Shown in pieces: positions 29,801 to 43,900 of a stretch of 64,000 nt of DNA. The notes under the pieces are model-generated. The model was not told the origin of the DNA. It did no database searches and saw only the letters and a list, made by a program, of their open reading frames with translations. Positions within the stretch are counted from its first letter, which is position 1, and every line of letters begins with the position of its first letter. Made by a program: the position numbers and the translations under genes. Source of the DNA: Eledone cirrhosa (lineage: Eukaryota); NCBI GenBank assembly GCA_964016885.1, contig OZ024759.1, positions 2,170,001 to 2,234,000 on the forward strand, given 5' to 3'.

Positions 29801-31729
29801 TAGTAACATGACAAAGTCGATATTAGTAACATGACAATGTCTATATTAGTAACATGACAAAGTCTATATTAGTAACATGACAAAGTCTATATTAGTAGCA
29901 TGACAAAGTCTATATTAGTAACATGACAAAGTCTATATTAGTAACATGACAAAGTCTATATTAGTAACATGACACAGTCTATATTAGTAACATGACAAAG
30001 TCTATATTAGTAGCATGACAAAGTCTATATTAGTAACATGACAAAGTCTATATTAGTAACATGACAAAGTCTATATTAGTAACATGACAAAGTCTATATT
30101 AGTAACATGACAAAGTCTATATTAGTAACATGACACAGTCTATATTAGTAACATGACAGTCTATATTAGTAACATGACAGTCTACATTCGTAACATGACA
30201 CAGTCTATATTAGTAACATGACAGTCTATATTAGTAGCATGACAAAGTCTATATTAGTAACATGACACAGTCTATATTAGTAGCATGACACAGTCTATAT
30301 TAGTAACATGACAAAGTCTATATTAGTAACATGACAAAGTCTATATTAGTAACATGACAAAGTCTATATTAGTAACATGACAAAGTCTATATTAGTAGCA
30401 TGACAAAGTCTATATTAGTAACATGACAAAGTCTATATTAGTAACATGGCAAAGTCTATATTAGTAACATGACAAAGTCTATATTAGTAACATGACACAG
30501 TCTATATTAGTAGCATTACAAAGTCTATATTAGTAACATGACAAAGTCTATATTAGTAGCATGACGCAGTCTATATTAGTAACATGACAAAGTCTATATT
30601 AGTAACATGACAGTCTATATTAGTAACATGACACAGTCTATATTAGTAACATGAGACAGTCTATATTAGTAACATGACAAAGTCTATATTAGTAACATGA
30701 CACAGTCTATATTAGTAACATGACACAGTCTATATTAGTAACATGACAAAGTCTATATTAGTAACATGACACAGTCTATATTAGTAACATGACACAGTCT
30801 ATATTAGTAGCATGACAAAGTCTATGTTAGTAACATGACACAGTCTATATTAGTAGCATCACACAGTCTATATTAGTAACATGACAAAGTCTATATTAGT
30901 AACATGACAAAGTTTATATTAGTAACATGACAAAGTCTATATTAGTAACATGACAAAGTCTATATTAGTAACATGACAGTCTATATTAGTAACATGACAC
31001 AGTCTATATTAGTAACATGACACAGTCTATATTAGTAACATGACAAAGTCTATATTAGTAACATGACAATGTCTATATTAGTAACATGACACAGTCTATA
31101 TTAGTAGCATGACAAAGTCTATATTAGTAACATGACACAGTCTATATTAGTAGCATGACATAGTCTATATTAGTAACATGACAAAGTCTATATTAGTAAC
31201 ATGACAAAGTCTATATTAGTAACATGACAAAGTCTATATTAGTAACATGACAAAGTCTATATTAGTAGCATGACAAAGTCTATATTAGTAACATGACAAA
31301 GTCTATATTAGTAACATGACAAAGTCTATGTTAGTAACATGACAAAGTCTATATTAGTAACATGACAAAGTCTATATTAGTAACATGACAAAGTCTATAT
31401 TAGTAACATGACACAGTCTATATTAGTAACATGACAGTCTATATTAGTAACATGACAGTCTACATTAGTAACATGACACAGTCTATATTAGTAACATGAC
31501 AAAGTCGATATTAGTAACATGACAATGTCTATATTAGTAACATGACAAAGTCTATATTAGTAACATGACAAAGTCTATATTAGTAACATGACACAGTCTA
31601 TATTAGTAGCATGACAAAGTCTATATTAGTAACATGACAAAGTCTATATTAGTAGCATGACACAGTCTATATTAGTAACATGACAAAGTCTATATTAGTA
31701 ACATGACAGTCTATATTAGTAACATGACA
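23878..31729. repeat. Long-range paralog of window positions about 1-9560
   Basis: Offsets 23877 (GGC 64/23941, 1044/24921; AACG 754/24631), then 22058 (4383/26441, 5321/27379, 5773/27831, 6362/28420), then 22169-22170 (CACTC 6988/29157, GTACC 7229/29398, ATTCGT 8020/30189, GCATTAC 8348/30517, GACATAG 8991/31161). Confidence 0.9.
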
Positions 31730-34700
31730 AAGTCTATATTAGTAACATGACACAGTCTATATTAGTAGCATGACACAGTCTATATTAGTAACATGACAAA
31801 GTCTATATTAGTAACATGACAAAGTCTATATTAGTAACATGACAAAGTCTATATTAGTAACATGACAAAGTCTATATTAGTAGCATGACAAAGTCTATAT
31901 TAGTAACATGACAAAGTCTATATTAGTAACATGACAAAGTCTATGTTAATAACATGACAAAGTCTATATTAGTAACATGACAAAGTCTATATTAGAAACA
32001 TGACAAAGTCTATATTAGTAACATGACACAGTCTATATAAGTAACATGACAGTCTATATTAGTAACATGACAGTCTACATTAGTAACATGACACAGTCTA
32101 TATTAGTAACATGACAAAGTCGATATTAGTAACATGACAATGTCTATATTAGTAACATGACAAAGTCTATATTAGTAACATGACACAGTCTATATTAGTA
32201 ACATGACAAAGTCTATATTAGTAACATGGCAAAGTCTATATTATAACATGACAAAGTCTATATTAGTAACATGACAAAGTCTATATTAGTAACATGACAC
32301 AGTCTATATTAGTAACATGACAAAGTCTATATTAGTAACATGACAAAGTCTATATTAGTAACATGACAAAGTCTATATTAGTAACATGACAAAGTCTATA
32401 TTAGTAACATGACAAAGTCTATATTAGTAGCATGACAAAGTCTATATTAGTAACATGACAAAGTCTATATTAGTAACATGACAAAGTCTATATTAGTAAC
32501 ATGACACAGTCTATATTAGTAACATGACAAAGTCTATATTAGTAGCATGACAAAGTCTATATTAGTAACATGACAAAGTCTATATTAGTAACATGACAAA
32601 GTCTATATTAGTAACATGACAAAGTCTATATTAGTAACATGACAAAGTCTATATTAGTAACATGACACAGTCTATATTAGTAACATGACAGTCTATATTA
32701 GTAACATGACAGTCTACATTAGTAACATGACACAGTCTATATTAGTAACATGACAAAGTCGATATTAGTAACATGACAATGTCTATATTAGTAACATGAC
32801 AAAGTCTATATTAGTAACATGACAAAGTCTATATTAGTAACATGACAAAGTCTATATTAGTAACATGACACAGTCTATATTAGTAACATGACAAAGTCTA
32901 TATTAGTAGCATGACAAAGTCTATATTAGTAACATGACAAAGTCTATATTAGTAACATGACAAAGTCTATATTAGTAACATGACAAAGTCTATATTAGTA
33001 ACATGACAAAGTCTATATTAGTAACATGACACAGTCTATATTAGTAACATGACAGTCTATATTAGTAACATGACAGTCTACATTAGTAACATGACACAGT
33101 CAATATTAGTAACATGACAAAGTCGATATTAGTAACATGACAATGTCTATATTAGTAACATGACAAAGTCTATATTAGTAACATGACAAAGTCTATATTA
33201 GTAACATGACAAAGTCTATACTAGTAACATGACAAAGTCTATATTAGTAACATGACAAAGTCTATATTAGTAACATGACACAGTCTATATTAGTAACATG
33301 ACAAAGTCTATATTAGTAGCATGACAAAGTCTGTATTAGTAACATGACAGTCTATATTAGTAACATGACAAAGTCTATATTAGTAACATGACAAAGTCTA
33401 TATTAGTAGCATGACAAAGTCTATATTAGTAATATGACAAAGTCTATATTAGTAACATGACAAAGTCTATATTAGTAACATGACACAGTCTATATTAGTA
33501 ACATGACAAAGTCTATATTAGTAGCATGACAAAGTCTATATTAGTAACATGACAAAGTCTATATTAGTAACATGACAAAGTCTATATTAGTAACATGACA
33601 AAGTCTATATTAGTAACATGACAAAGTCGATATTAGTAACATGACACAGTCTATATTAGTAACATGACAGTCTATATTAGTAACATGACAGTCTACATTA
33701 GTAACATGACACAGTCTATATCAGTAACATGACAAAGTCGATAGTAGTAACATGACAATGTCTATATTAGTAACATGACAAAGTCTATATTAGTAACATG
33801 ACAAAGTCTATATCAGTAGCATGACAAAGTCTATATTAGTAACATGACAAAGTCTATATTAGTAACATGACAAAGTCTATATTAGTAACATGACACAGTC
33901 TATATTAGTAGCATGACACAGTCTATATTAGTAACATGACAAAGTCTATATTAGTAACATGACAAAGTCTATATTAGTAACATGACAAAGTCTATATTAG
34001 TAACATGACAAAGTCTATATTAGTAGCATGACAAAGTCTATATTAGTAACATGACAAAGTCTATATTAGTAACATGACACAGTCTATATTAGTAGCATGA
34101 CAAAGTCTATATTAGTAACATGACAAAGTCTATATTAGTAGCATGACACAGTCTATATTAGTAACATGACAAAGTCTATATTAGTAACATGGCAAAGTCT
34201 ATATTAGTAACATGACAAAGTCTATATTAGTAACATGACACAGTCTATATTAGTAGCATGACAAAGTCTATATTAGTAACATGACAAAGTCTATATTAGT
34301 AGCATGACACAGTCTATATTAGTAACATGACAAAGTCTATATTAGTAACATGACAGTCTATATTAGTAACATGACACAGTCTATATTAGTAACATGACAC
34401 AGTCTATATTAGTAACATGAGACAGTCTATATTAGTAACATGACAAAGTCTATATTAGTAACATGACACAGTCTATATTAGTAACATGACACAGTCTATA
34501 TTAGTAACATGACAAAGTCTATATTAGTAACATGACACAGTCTATATTAGTAACATGACACAGTCTATATTAGTAGCATGACAAAGTCTATGTTAGTAAC
34601 ATGACACAGTCTATATTAGTAGCATCACACAGTCTATATTAGTAACATGACAAAGTCTATATTAGTAACATGACAAAGTTTATATTAGTAACATGACAAA

Positions 34701-35059
34701 GTCTATATTAGTAACATGACAAAGTCTATATTAGTAACATGACAGTCTATATTAGTAACATGACACAGTCTATATTAGTAACATGACAAAGTCTGTATTA
34801 GTAACATGACAATGTCTATATTAGTAACATGACACAGTCTATATTAGTAGCATGACAAAGTCTATATTAGTAACATGACACAGTCTATATTAGTAGCATG
34901 ACACAGTCTATATTAGTAACATGACAAAGTCTATATTAGTAGCATGACAAAGTCTATATTAGTAACATGACAAAGTCTATATTAGTAACATGACAAAGTC
35001 TATATTAGTAACATGACAAAGTCTATATTAGTAACATGACAAAGTCTATATTAGTAACA

Positions 35060-37930
35060 TGACACAGTCTATATTAGTAACATGACAGTCTATATTAGTA
35101 ACATGACAGTCTACATTCGTAACATGACACAGTCTATATTAGTAACATGACAGTCTATATTAGTAGCATGACAAAGTCTATATTAGTAACATGACACAGT
35201 CTATATTAGTAGCATGACACAGTCTATATTAGTAACATGACAAAGTCTATATTAGTAACATGACAAAGTCTATATTAGTAACATGACAAAGTCTATATTA
35301 GTAACATGACAAAGTCTATATTAGTAGCATGACAAAGTCTATATTAGTAACATGACAAAGTCTATATTAGTAACATGGCAAAGTCTATATTAGTAACATG
35401 ACAAAGTCTATATTAGTAACATGACACAGTCTATATTAGTAGCATGACAAAGTCTATATTAGTAACATGACAAAGTCTATATTAGTAGCATGACACAGTC
35501 TATATTAGTAACATGACAAAGTCTATATTAGTAACATGACAGTCTATATTAGTAACATGACACAGTCTATATTAGTAACATGACACAGTCTATATTAGTA
35601 ACATGAGACAGTCTATATTAGTAACATGACAAAGTCTATATTAGTAACATGACACAGTCTATATTAGTAACATGACACAGTCTATATTAGTAACATGACA
35701 AAGTCTATATTAGTAACATGACACAGTCTATATTAGTAACATGACACAGTCTATATTAGTAGCATGACAAAGTCTATGTTAGTAACATGACACAGTCTAT
35801 ATTAGTAGCATCACACAGTCTATATTAGTAACATGACAAAGTCTATATTAGTAACATGACAAAGTTTATATTAGTAACATGACAAAGTCTATATTAGTAA
35901 CATGACAAAGTCTATATTAGTAACATGACAGTCTATATTAGTAACATGACACAGTCTATATTAGTAACATGACACAGTCTATATTAGTAACATGACAAAG
36001 TCTATATTAGTAGCATGACAAAGTCTATATTAGTAACATGACAACGTCTATATTAGTAACATGACAAAGTCTATATTAGTAACATGACACAGTCTATATT
36101 AGTAACATGACAAAGTCTATATTAGTAGCATGACAAAGTCTATATTAGTAACATGACAAAGTCTATATTAGTAACATGACAAAGTCTATATTAGTAACAT
36201 GACAAAGTCTATATTAGAAACATGACAAAGTCTATATTAGTAACATGACACAGTCTATATTAGTAACATGACAGTCTATATTAGTAACATGACAGTCTAC
36301 ATTAGTAACATGACACAGTCTATATTAGTAACATGACAAAGTCGATATTAGTAACATGACAATGTCTATATTAGTAACATGACAAAGTCTATATTAGTAA
36401 CATGACAAAGTCTATATTAGTAACATGACAAAGTCTATATTAGTAACATGACACAGTCTATATTAGTAACATGACAAAGTCTGTATTAGTAACATGACAA
36501 AGTCTATATTAGTAACATGACACAGTCTATATTAGTAACATGACAGTCTATATTAGTAACATGACAGTCTACATTCGTAACATGACACAGTCTATATTAG
36601 TAACATGACAGTCTATATTAGTAGCATGACAAAGTCTATATTAGTAACATGACACAGTCTATATTAGTAGCATGACACAGTCTATATTAGTAACATGACA
36701 AAGTCTATATTAGTAACATGACAAAGTCTATATTAGTAACATGACAAAGTCTATATTAGTAACATGACAAAGTCTATATTAGTAGCATGACAAAGTATAT
36801 ATTAGTAACATGACAAAGTCTATATTAGTAACATGGCAAAGTCTATATTAGTAACATGACAAAGTCTATATTAGTAACATGACACAGTCTATATTAGTAG
36901 CATGACAAAGTCTATATTAGTAACATGACAAAGTCTATATTAGTAGCATGACACAGTCTATATTAGTAACATGACAAAGTCTATATTAGTAACATGACAG
37001 TCTATATTAGTAACATGACACAGTCTATATTAGTAACATGACACAGTCTATATTAGTAACATGAGACAGTCTATATTAGTAACATGACAAAGTCTATATT
37101 AGTAACATGACACAGTCTATATTAGTAACATGACACAGTCTATATTAGTAACATGACAAAGTCTATATTAGTAACATGACACAGTCTATATTAGTAACAT
37201 GACACAGTCTATATTAGTAGCATGACAAAGTCTATGTTAGTAACATGACACAGTCTATATTAGTAGCATCACACAGTCTATATTAGTAACATGACAAAGT
37301 CTATATTAGTAACATGACAAAGTTTATATTAGTAACATGACAAAGTCTATATTAGTAACATGACAAAGTCTATATTACGAACATGACAGTCTATATTAGT
37401 AACATGACACAGTCTATATTAGTAACATGACACAGTCTATATTAGTAACATGACAAAGTCTATATTAGTAGCATGACAAAGTCTATATTAGTAACATGAC
37501 AACGTCTATATTAGTAACATGACAAAGTCTATATTAGTAACATGACACAGTCTATATTAGTAACATGACAAAGTCTATATTAGTAGCATGACAAAGTCTA
37601 TATTAGTAACATGACAAAGTCTATATTAGTAACATGACAAAGTCTATATTAGTAACATGACAAAGTCTATATTAGTAACATGACAAAGTCTATATTAGTA
37701 ACATGACACAGTCTATATTAGTAACATGACAGTCTATATTAGTAACATGACAGTCTACATTAGTAACATGACACAGTCTATATTAGTAACATGACAAAGT
37801 CGATATTAGTAACATGACAATGTCTATATTAGTAACATGACAAAGTCTATATTAGTAACATGACAAAGTCTATATTAGTAACATGACAAAGTCTATATTA
37901 GTAACATGACACAGTCTATATTAGTAACAT
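35060..37930. repeat. Tandem pair of 1458-bp higher-order blocks
   Basis: ATTCGT 35118/36576 and GACAACG 36045/37503 are both 1458 apart, with the same order of intervening variants (GGC, GAGAC, TATGTT, CATCAC, GTTTAT). Confidence 0.8.
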
Positions 37931-40900
37931 GACAAAGTCTATATTAGTAGCATGACAAAGTCTATATTAGTAACATGACAAAGTCTATATTAGTAACATG
38001 ACAAAGTCTATATTAGTAACATGACAAAGTCTATATTAGTAACATGACAAAGTCTATATTAGTAACATGACACAGTCTATATTAGTAACATGACAGTCTA
38101 TATTAGTAACATGACAGTCTACATTAGTAACATGACACAGTCTATATTAGTAACATGACAAAGTCGATATTAGTAACATGACAATGTCTATATTAGTAAC
38201 ATGACAAAGTCTATATTAGTAACATGACAAAGTCTATATTAGTAACATGACAAAGTCTATATCAGTAACATGACAAAGTCGATATTAGTAACATGACAAT
38301 GTCTATATTAGTAACATGACAAAGTCTATATTAGTAACATGACAAAGTCTATATTAGTAGCTTGACAAAGTCTATATTAGTAACATGACAAAGTCTATAT
38401 TAGTAACATGACAAAGTCTATATTAGTAACATGACACAGTCTATATTAGTATCATGACACAGTCTATATTAGTAGCATGACAAAGTCTATGTTAGTAACA
38501 TGACACAGTCTATATTAGTAGCATCACACAGTCTATATTAGTAACATGACAAAGTCTATATTAGTAACATGACAAAGTTTATATTAGTAACATGACAAAG
38601 TCTATATTAGTAACATGACAAAGTCTATATTAGTAACATGACAGTCTATATTAGTAACATGACACAGTCTATATTAGTAACATGACACAGTCTATATTAG
38701 TAACATGACAAAGTCTATATTAGTAGCATGACAAAGTCTATATTAGTAACATGACAAAGTCTATATTAGTAACATGACAAAGTCTATATTAGTAACATGA
38801 CACAGTCTATATTAGTAACATGACAAAGTCTATATTAGTAGCATGACAAAGTCTATATTAGTAACATGACAAAGTCTATATTAGTAACATGACAAAGTCT
38901 ATATTAGTAACATGACAAAGTCTATATTAGTAACATGACAAAGTCTATATTAGTAACATGACACAGTCTATATTAGTAACATGACAGTCTATATTAGTAA
39001 CATGACAGTCTACATTAGTAACATGACACAGTCTATATTAGTAACATGACAAAGTCGATATTAGTAACATGAGAATGTCTATATTAGTAACATGACAAAG
39101 TCTATATTAGTAACATGACAAAGTCTATATTAGTAACATGACACAGTCTATATTAGTAGCATGACACAGTCTATATTAGTAACATGACAAAGTCTATATT
39201 AGTAGCATGACAAAGTCTATATTAGTAACATGACAAAGTCTATATTAGTAACATGACAAAGTCTATATTAGTAACATGACAAAGTCTATATTAGTAACAT
39301 GACAAAGTCTATATTAGTAACATGACACAGTCTATATTAGTAACATGACAGTCTATATTAGTAACATGACAGTCTACATTAGTAACATGACACAGTCTAT
39401 ATTAGTAACATGACAAAGTCGATATTAGTAACATGACAATGTCTATATTAGTAACATGACAAAGTCTATATTAGTAACATGACAAAGTCTATATTAGTAA
39501 CATGACAGAGTCTATATCAGTAACATGACAAAGTCGATATTAGTAACATGACAATGTCTATATTAGTAAAATGACAAAGTCTATATTAGTAACATGACAA
39601 ATTCTATATTAGTAGCATGACAAAGTCTATATTAGTAACATGACAAAGTCTATATTAGTAACATGACAAAGTCTATATTAGTAACATGACACAGTCTATA
39701 TTAGTAGCATGACACAGTCTATATTAGTAACATGACAAAGTCTATATTAGTAACATGACAAAGTCTATATTAGTAACATGACAAAGTCTATATTAGTAAA
39801 ATGACAAAGTCTATATTAGTAGCATGACAAAGTCTATATTAGTAACATGACAAAGTCTATATTAGTAACATGGCAAAGTCTATATTAGTAACATGACAAA
39901 GTCTATATTAGTAACATGACACAGTCTATATTAGTAGCATGACAAAGTCTATATTAGTAACATGACAAAGTCTATATTAGTAACATGGCAAAGTCTATAT
40001 TAGTAACATGACAAAGTCTATATTAGTAACATGACACAGTCTATATTAGTAGCATGACAAAGTCTATATTAGTCACATGACAAAGTCTATATTAGTAGCA
40101 TGACACAGTCTATATTAGTAACATGACAAAGTCTTTATTAGTAACATGACAGTCTATATTAGTAACATGACACAGTCTATATTAGTAACATGACACAGTC
40201 TATATTAGTAACATGAGACAGTCTATATTAGTAACATGACAAAGTCTATATTAGTAACATGACACAGTCTATATTAGTAACATGACACAGTCTATATTAG
40301 TAACATGACAAAGTCTATATTAGTAACATGACACAGTCTATATTAGTAACATGACACAGTCTATATTAGTAGCATGACAAAGTCTATGTTAGTAACATGA
40401 CACAGTCTATATTAGTAGCATCACACAGTCTATATTAGTAACATGACAAAGTCTATATTAGTAACATGACAAAGTTTATATTAGTAACATGACAAAGTCT
40501 ATATTAGTAACATGACAAAGTCTATATTAGTAACATGACAGTCTATATTAGTAACATGACACAGTCTATATTAGTAACATGACAAAGTCTGTATTAGTAA
40601 CATGACAATGTCTATATTAGTAACATGACACAGTCTATATTAGTAGCATGACAAAGTCTATATTAGTAACATGACACAGTCTATATTAGTAGCATGACAC
40701 AGTCTATATTAGTAACATGACAAAGTCTACATTAGTAGCATGACAAAGTCTATATTAGTAACATGACAAAGTCTATATTAGTAACATGACAAAGTCTATA
40801 TTAGTAACATGACAAAGTCTATATTAGTAACATGACAAAGTCTATATTAGTAACATGACACAGTCTATATTAGTAACATGACAGTCTATATTAGTAACAT

Positions 40901-43900
40901 GACAGTCTACATTCGTAACATGACACAGTCTATATTAGTAACATGACAGTCTATATTAGTAGCATGACAAAGTCTATATTAGTAACATGACACAGTCTAT
41001 ATGAGTAGCATGACACAGTCTATATTAGTAACATGACAAAGTCTATATTAGTAACATGACAAAGTCTATATTAGTAACATGACAAAGTCTATATTAGTAA
41101 CATGACAAAGTCTATATTAGTAGCATGACAAAGTCTATATTAGTAACATGACAAAGTCTATATTAGTAACATGGCAAAGTCTATATTAGTAACATGACAA
41201 AGTCTATATTAGTAACATGACACAGTCTATATTAGTAGCATGACAAAGTCTATATTAGTAACATGACAAAGTCTATATTAGTAGCATGACACAGTCTATA
41301 TTAGTAACATGACAAAGTCTATATTAGTAACATGACAGTCTATATTAGTAACATGACACAGTCTATATTAGTAACATGACACAGTCTATATTAGTAGCAT
41401 CACACAGTCTATATTAGTAACATGACAAAGTCTATATTAGTAACATGACAAAGTTTATATTAGTAACATGACAAAGTCTATATTAGTAACATGACAAAGT
41501 CTATATTAGTAACATGACAGTCTATATTAGTAACATGACACAGTCTATATTAGTAACATGACAAAGTCTGTATTAGTAACATGACAATGTCTATATTAGT
41601 AACATGACACAGTCTATATTAGTAGCATGACAAAGTCTATATTAGTAACATGACACAGTCTATATTAGTAGCATGACACAGTCTATATTAGTAACATGAC
41701 AAAGTCTATATTAGTAGCATGACAAAGTCTATATTAGTAACATGACAAAGTCTATATTAGTAACATGACAAAGTCTATATTAGTAACATGACAAAGTCTA
41801 TATTAGTAACATGACAAAGTCTATATTAGTAACATGACACAGTCTATATTAGTAACATGACAGTCTATATTAGTAACATGACAGTCTACATTCGTAACAT
41901 GACACAGTCTATATTAGTAACATGACAGTCTATATTAGTAGCATGACAAAGTCTATATTAGTAACATGACACAGTCTATATTAGTAGCATGACACAGTCT
42001 ATATTAGTAACATGACAAAGTCTATATTAGTAACATGACAAAGTCTATATTAGTAACATGACAAAGTCTATATTAGTAACATGACAAAGTCTATATTAGT
42101 AGCATGACAAAGTCTATATTAGTAACATGACAAAGTCTATATTAGTAACATGGCAAAGTCTATATTAGTAACATGACAAAGTCTATATTAGTAACATGAC
42201 ACAGTCTATATTAGTAGCATGACAAAGTCTATATTAGTAACATGACAAAGTCTATATTAGTAGCATGACACAGTCTATATTAGTAACATGACAAAGTCTA
42301 TATTAGTAACATGACAGTCTATATTAGTAACATGACACAGTCTATATTAGTAACATGACACAGTCTATATTAGTAACATGAGACAGTCTATATTAGTAAC
42401 ATGACAAAGTCTATATTAGTAACATGACACAGTCTATATTAGTAACATGACACAGTCTATATTAGTAACATGACAAAGTCTATATTAGTAACATGACACA
42501 GTCTATATTAGTAACATGACACAGTCTATATTAGTAGCATGACAAAGTCTATGTTAGTAACATGACACAGTCTATATTAGTAGCATCACACAGTCTATAT
42601 TAGTAACATGACAAAGTCTATATTAGTAACATGACAAAGTTTATATTAGTAACATGACAAAGTCTATATTAGTAACATGACAAAGTCTATATTAGTAACA
42701 TGACAGTCTATATTAGTAACATGACACAGTCTATATTAGTAACATGACACAGTCTATATTAGTAACATGACAAAGTCTATATTAGTAGCATGACAAAGTC
42801 TATATTAGTAACATGACAACGTCTATATTAGTAACATGACAAAGTCTATATTAGTAACATGACACAGTCTATATTAGTAACATGACAAAGTCTATATTAG
42901 TAGCATGACAAAGTCTATATTAGTAACATGACAAAGTCTATATTAGTAACATGACAAAGTCTATATTAGTAACATGACAAAGTCTATATTAGTAACATGA
43001 CAAAGTCTATATTAGTAACATGACACAGTCTATATTAGTAACATGACAGTCTATATTAGTAACATGACAGTCTACATAAGTAACATGACACAGTCTATAT
43101 TAGTAACATGACAAAGTCGATATTAGTAACATGACAATGTCTATATTAGTAACATGACAAAGTCTATATTAGTAACATGACAAAGTCTATATTAGTAACA
43201 TGACAAAGTCTATATTAGTAACATGACACAGTCTATATTAGTAACATGACAAAGTCTATATTAGTAGCATGACAAAGTCTATATTAGTAACATGACAAAG
43301 TCTATATTAGTAACATGACAAAGTCTATATTAGTAACATGACAAAGTCTATATTAGTAACATGACAAAGTCTATATTAGTAACATGACACAGTCTATATT
43401 AGTAACATGACAGTCTATATTAGTAACATGACAGTCTACATTAGTAACATGACACAGTCTATATTAGTAACATGACAAAGTCGATATTAGTAACATGACA
43501 ATGTCTATATTAGTAACATGACAAAGTCTATATTAGTAACATGACAAAGTCTATATTAGTAACATGACAAAGTCTATATCAGTAACATGACAAAGTCGAT
43601 ATTAGTAACATGACAATGTCTATATTAGTAACATGACAAAGTCTATATTAGTAACATGACAAAGTCTATATTAGTAGCATGACAAAGTCTATATTAGTAA
43701 CATGACAAAGTCTATATTAGTAACATGACAAAGTCTATATTAGTAACATGACACAGTCTATATTAGTATCATGACACAGTCTATATTAGTAGCATGACAA
43801 AGTCTATGTTAGTAACATGACACAGTCTATATTAGTAGCATCACACAGTCTATATTAGTAACATGACAAAGTCTATATTAGTAACATGACAAAGTTTATA

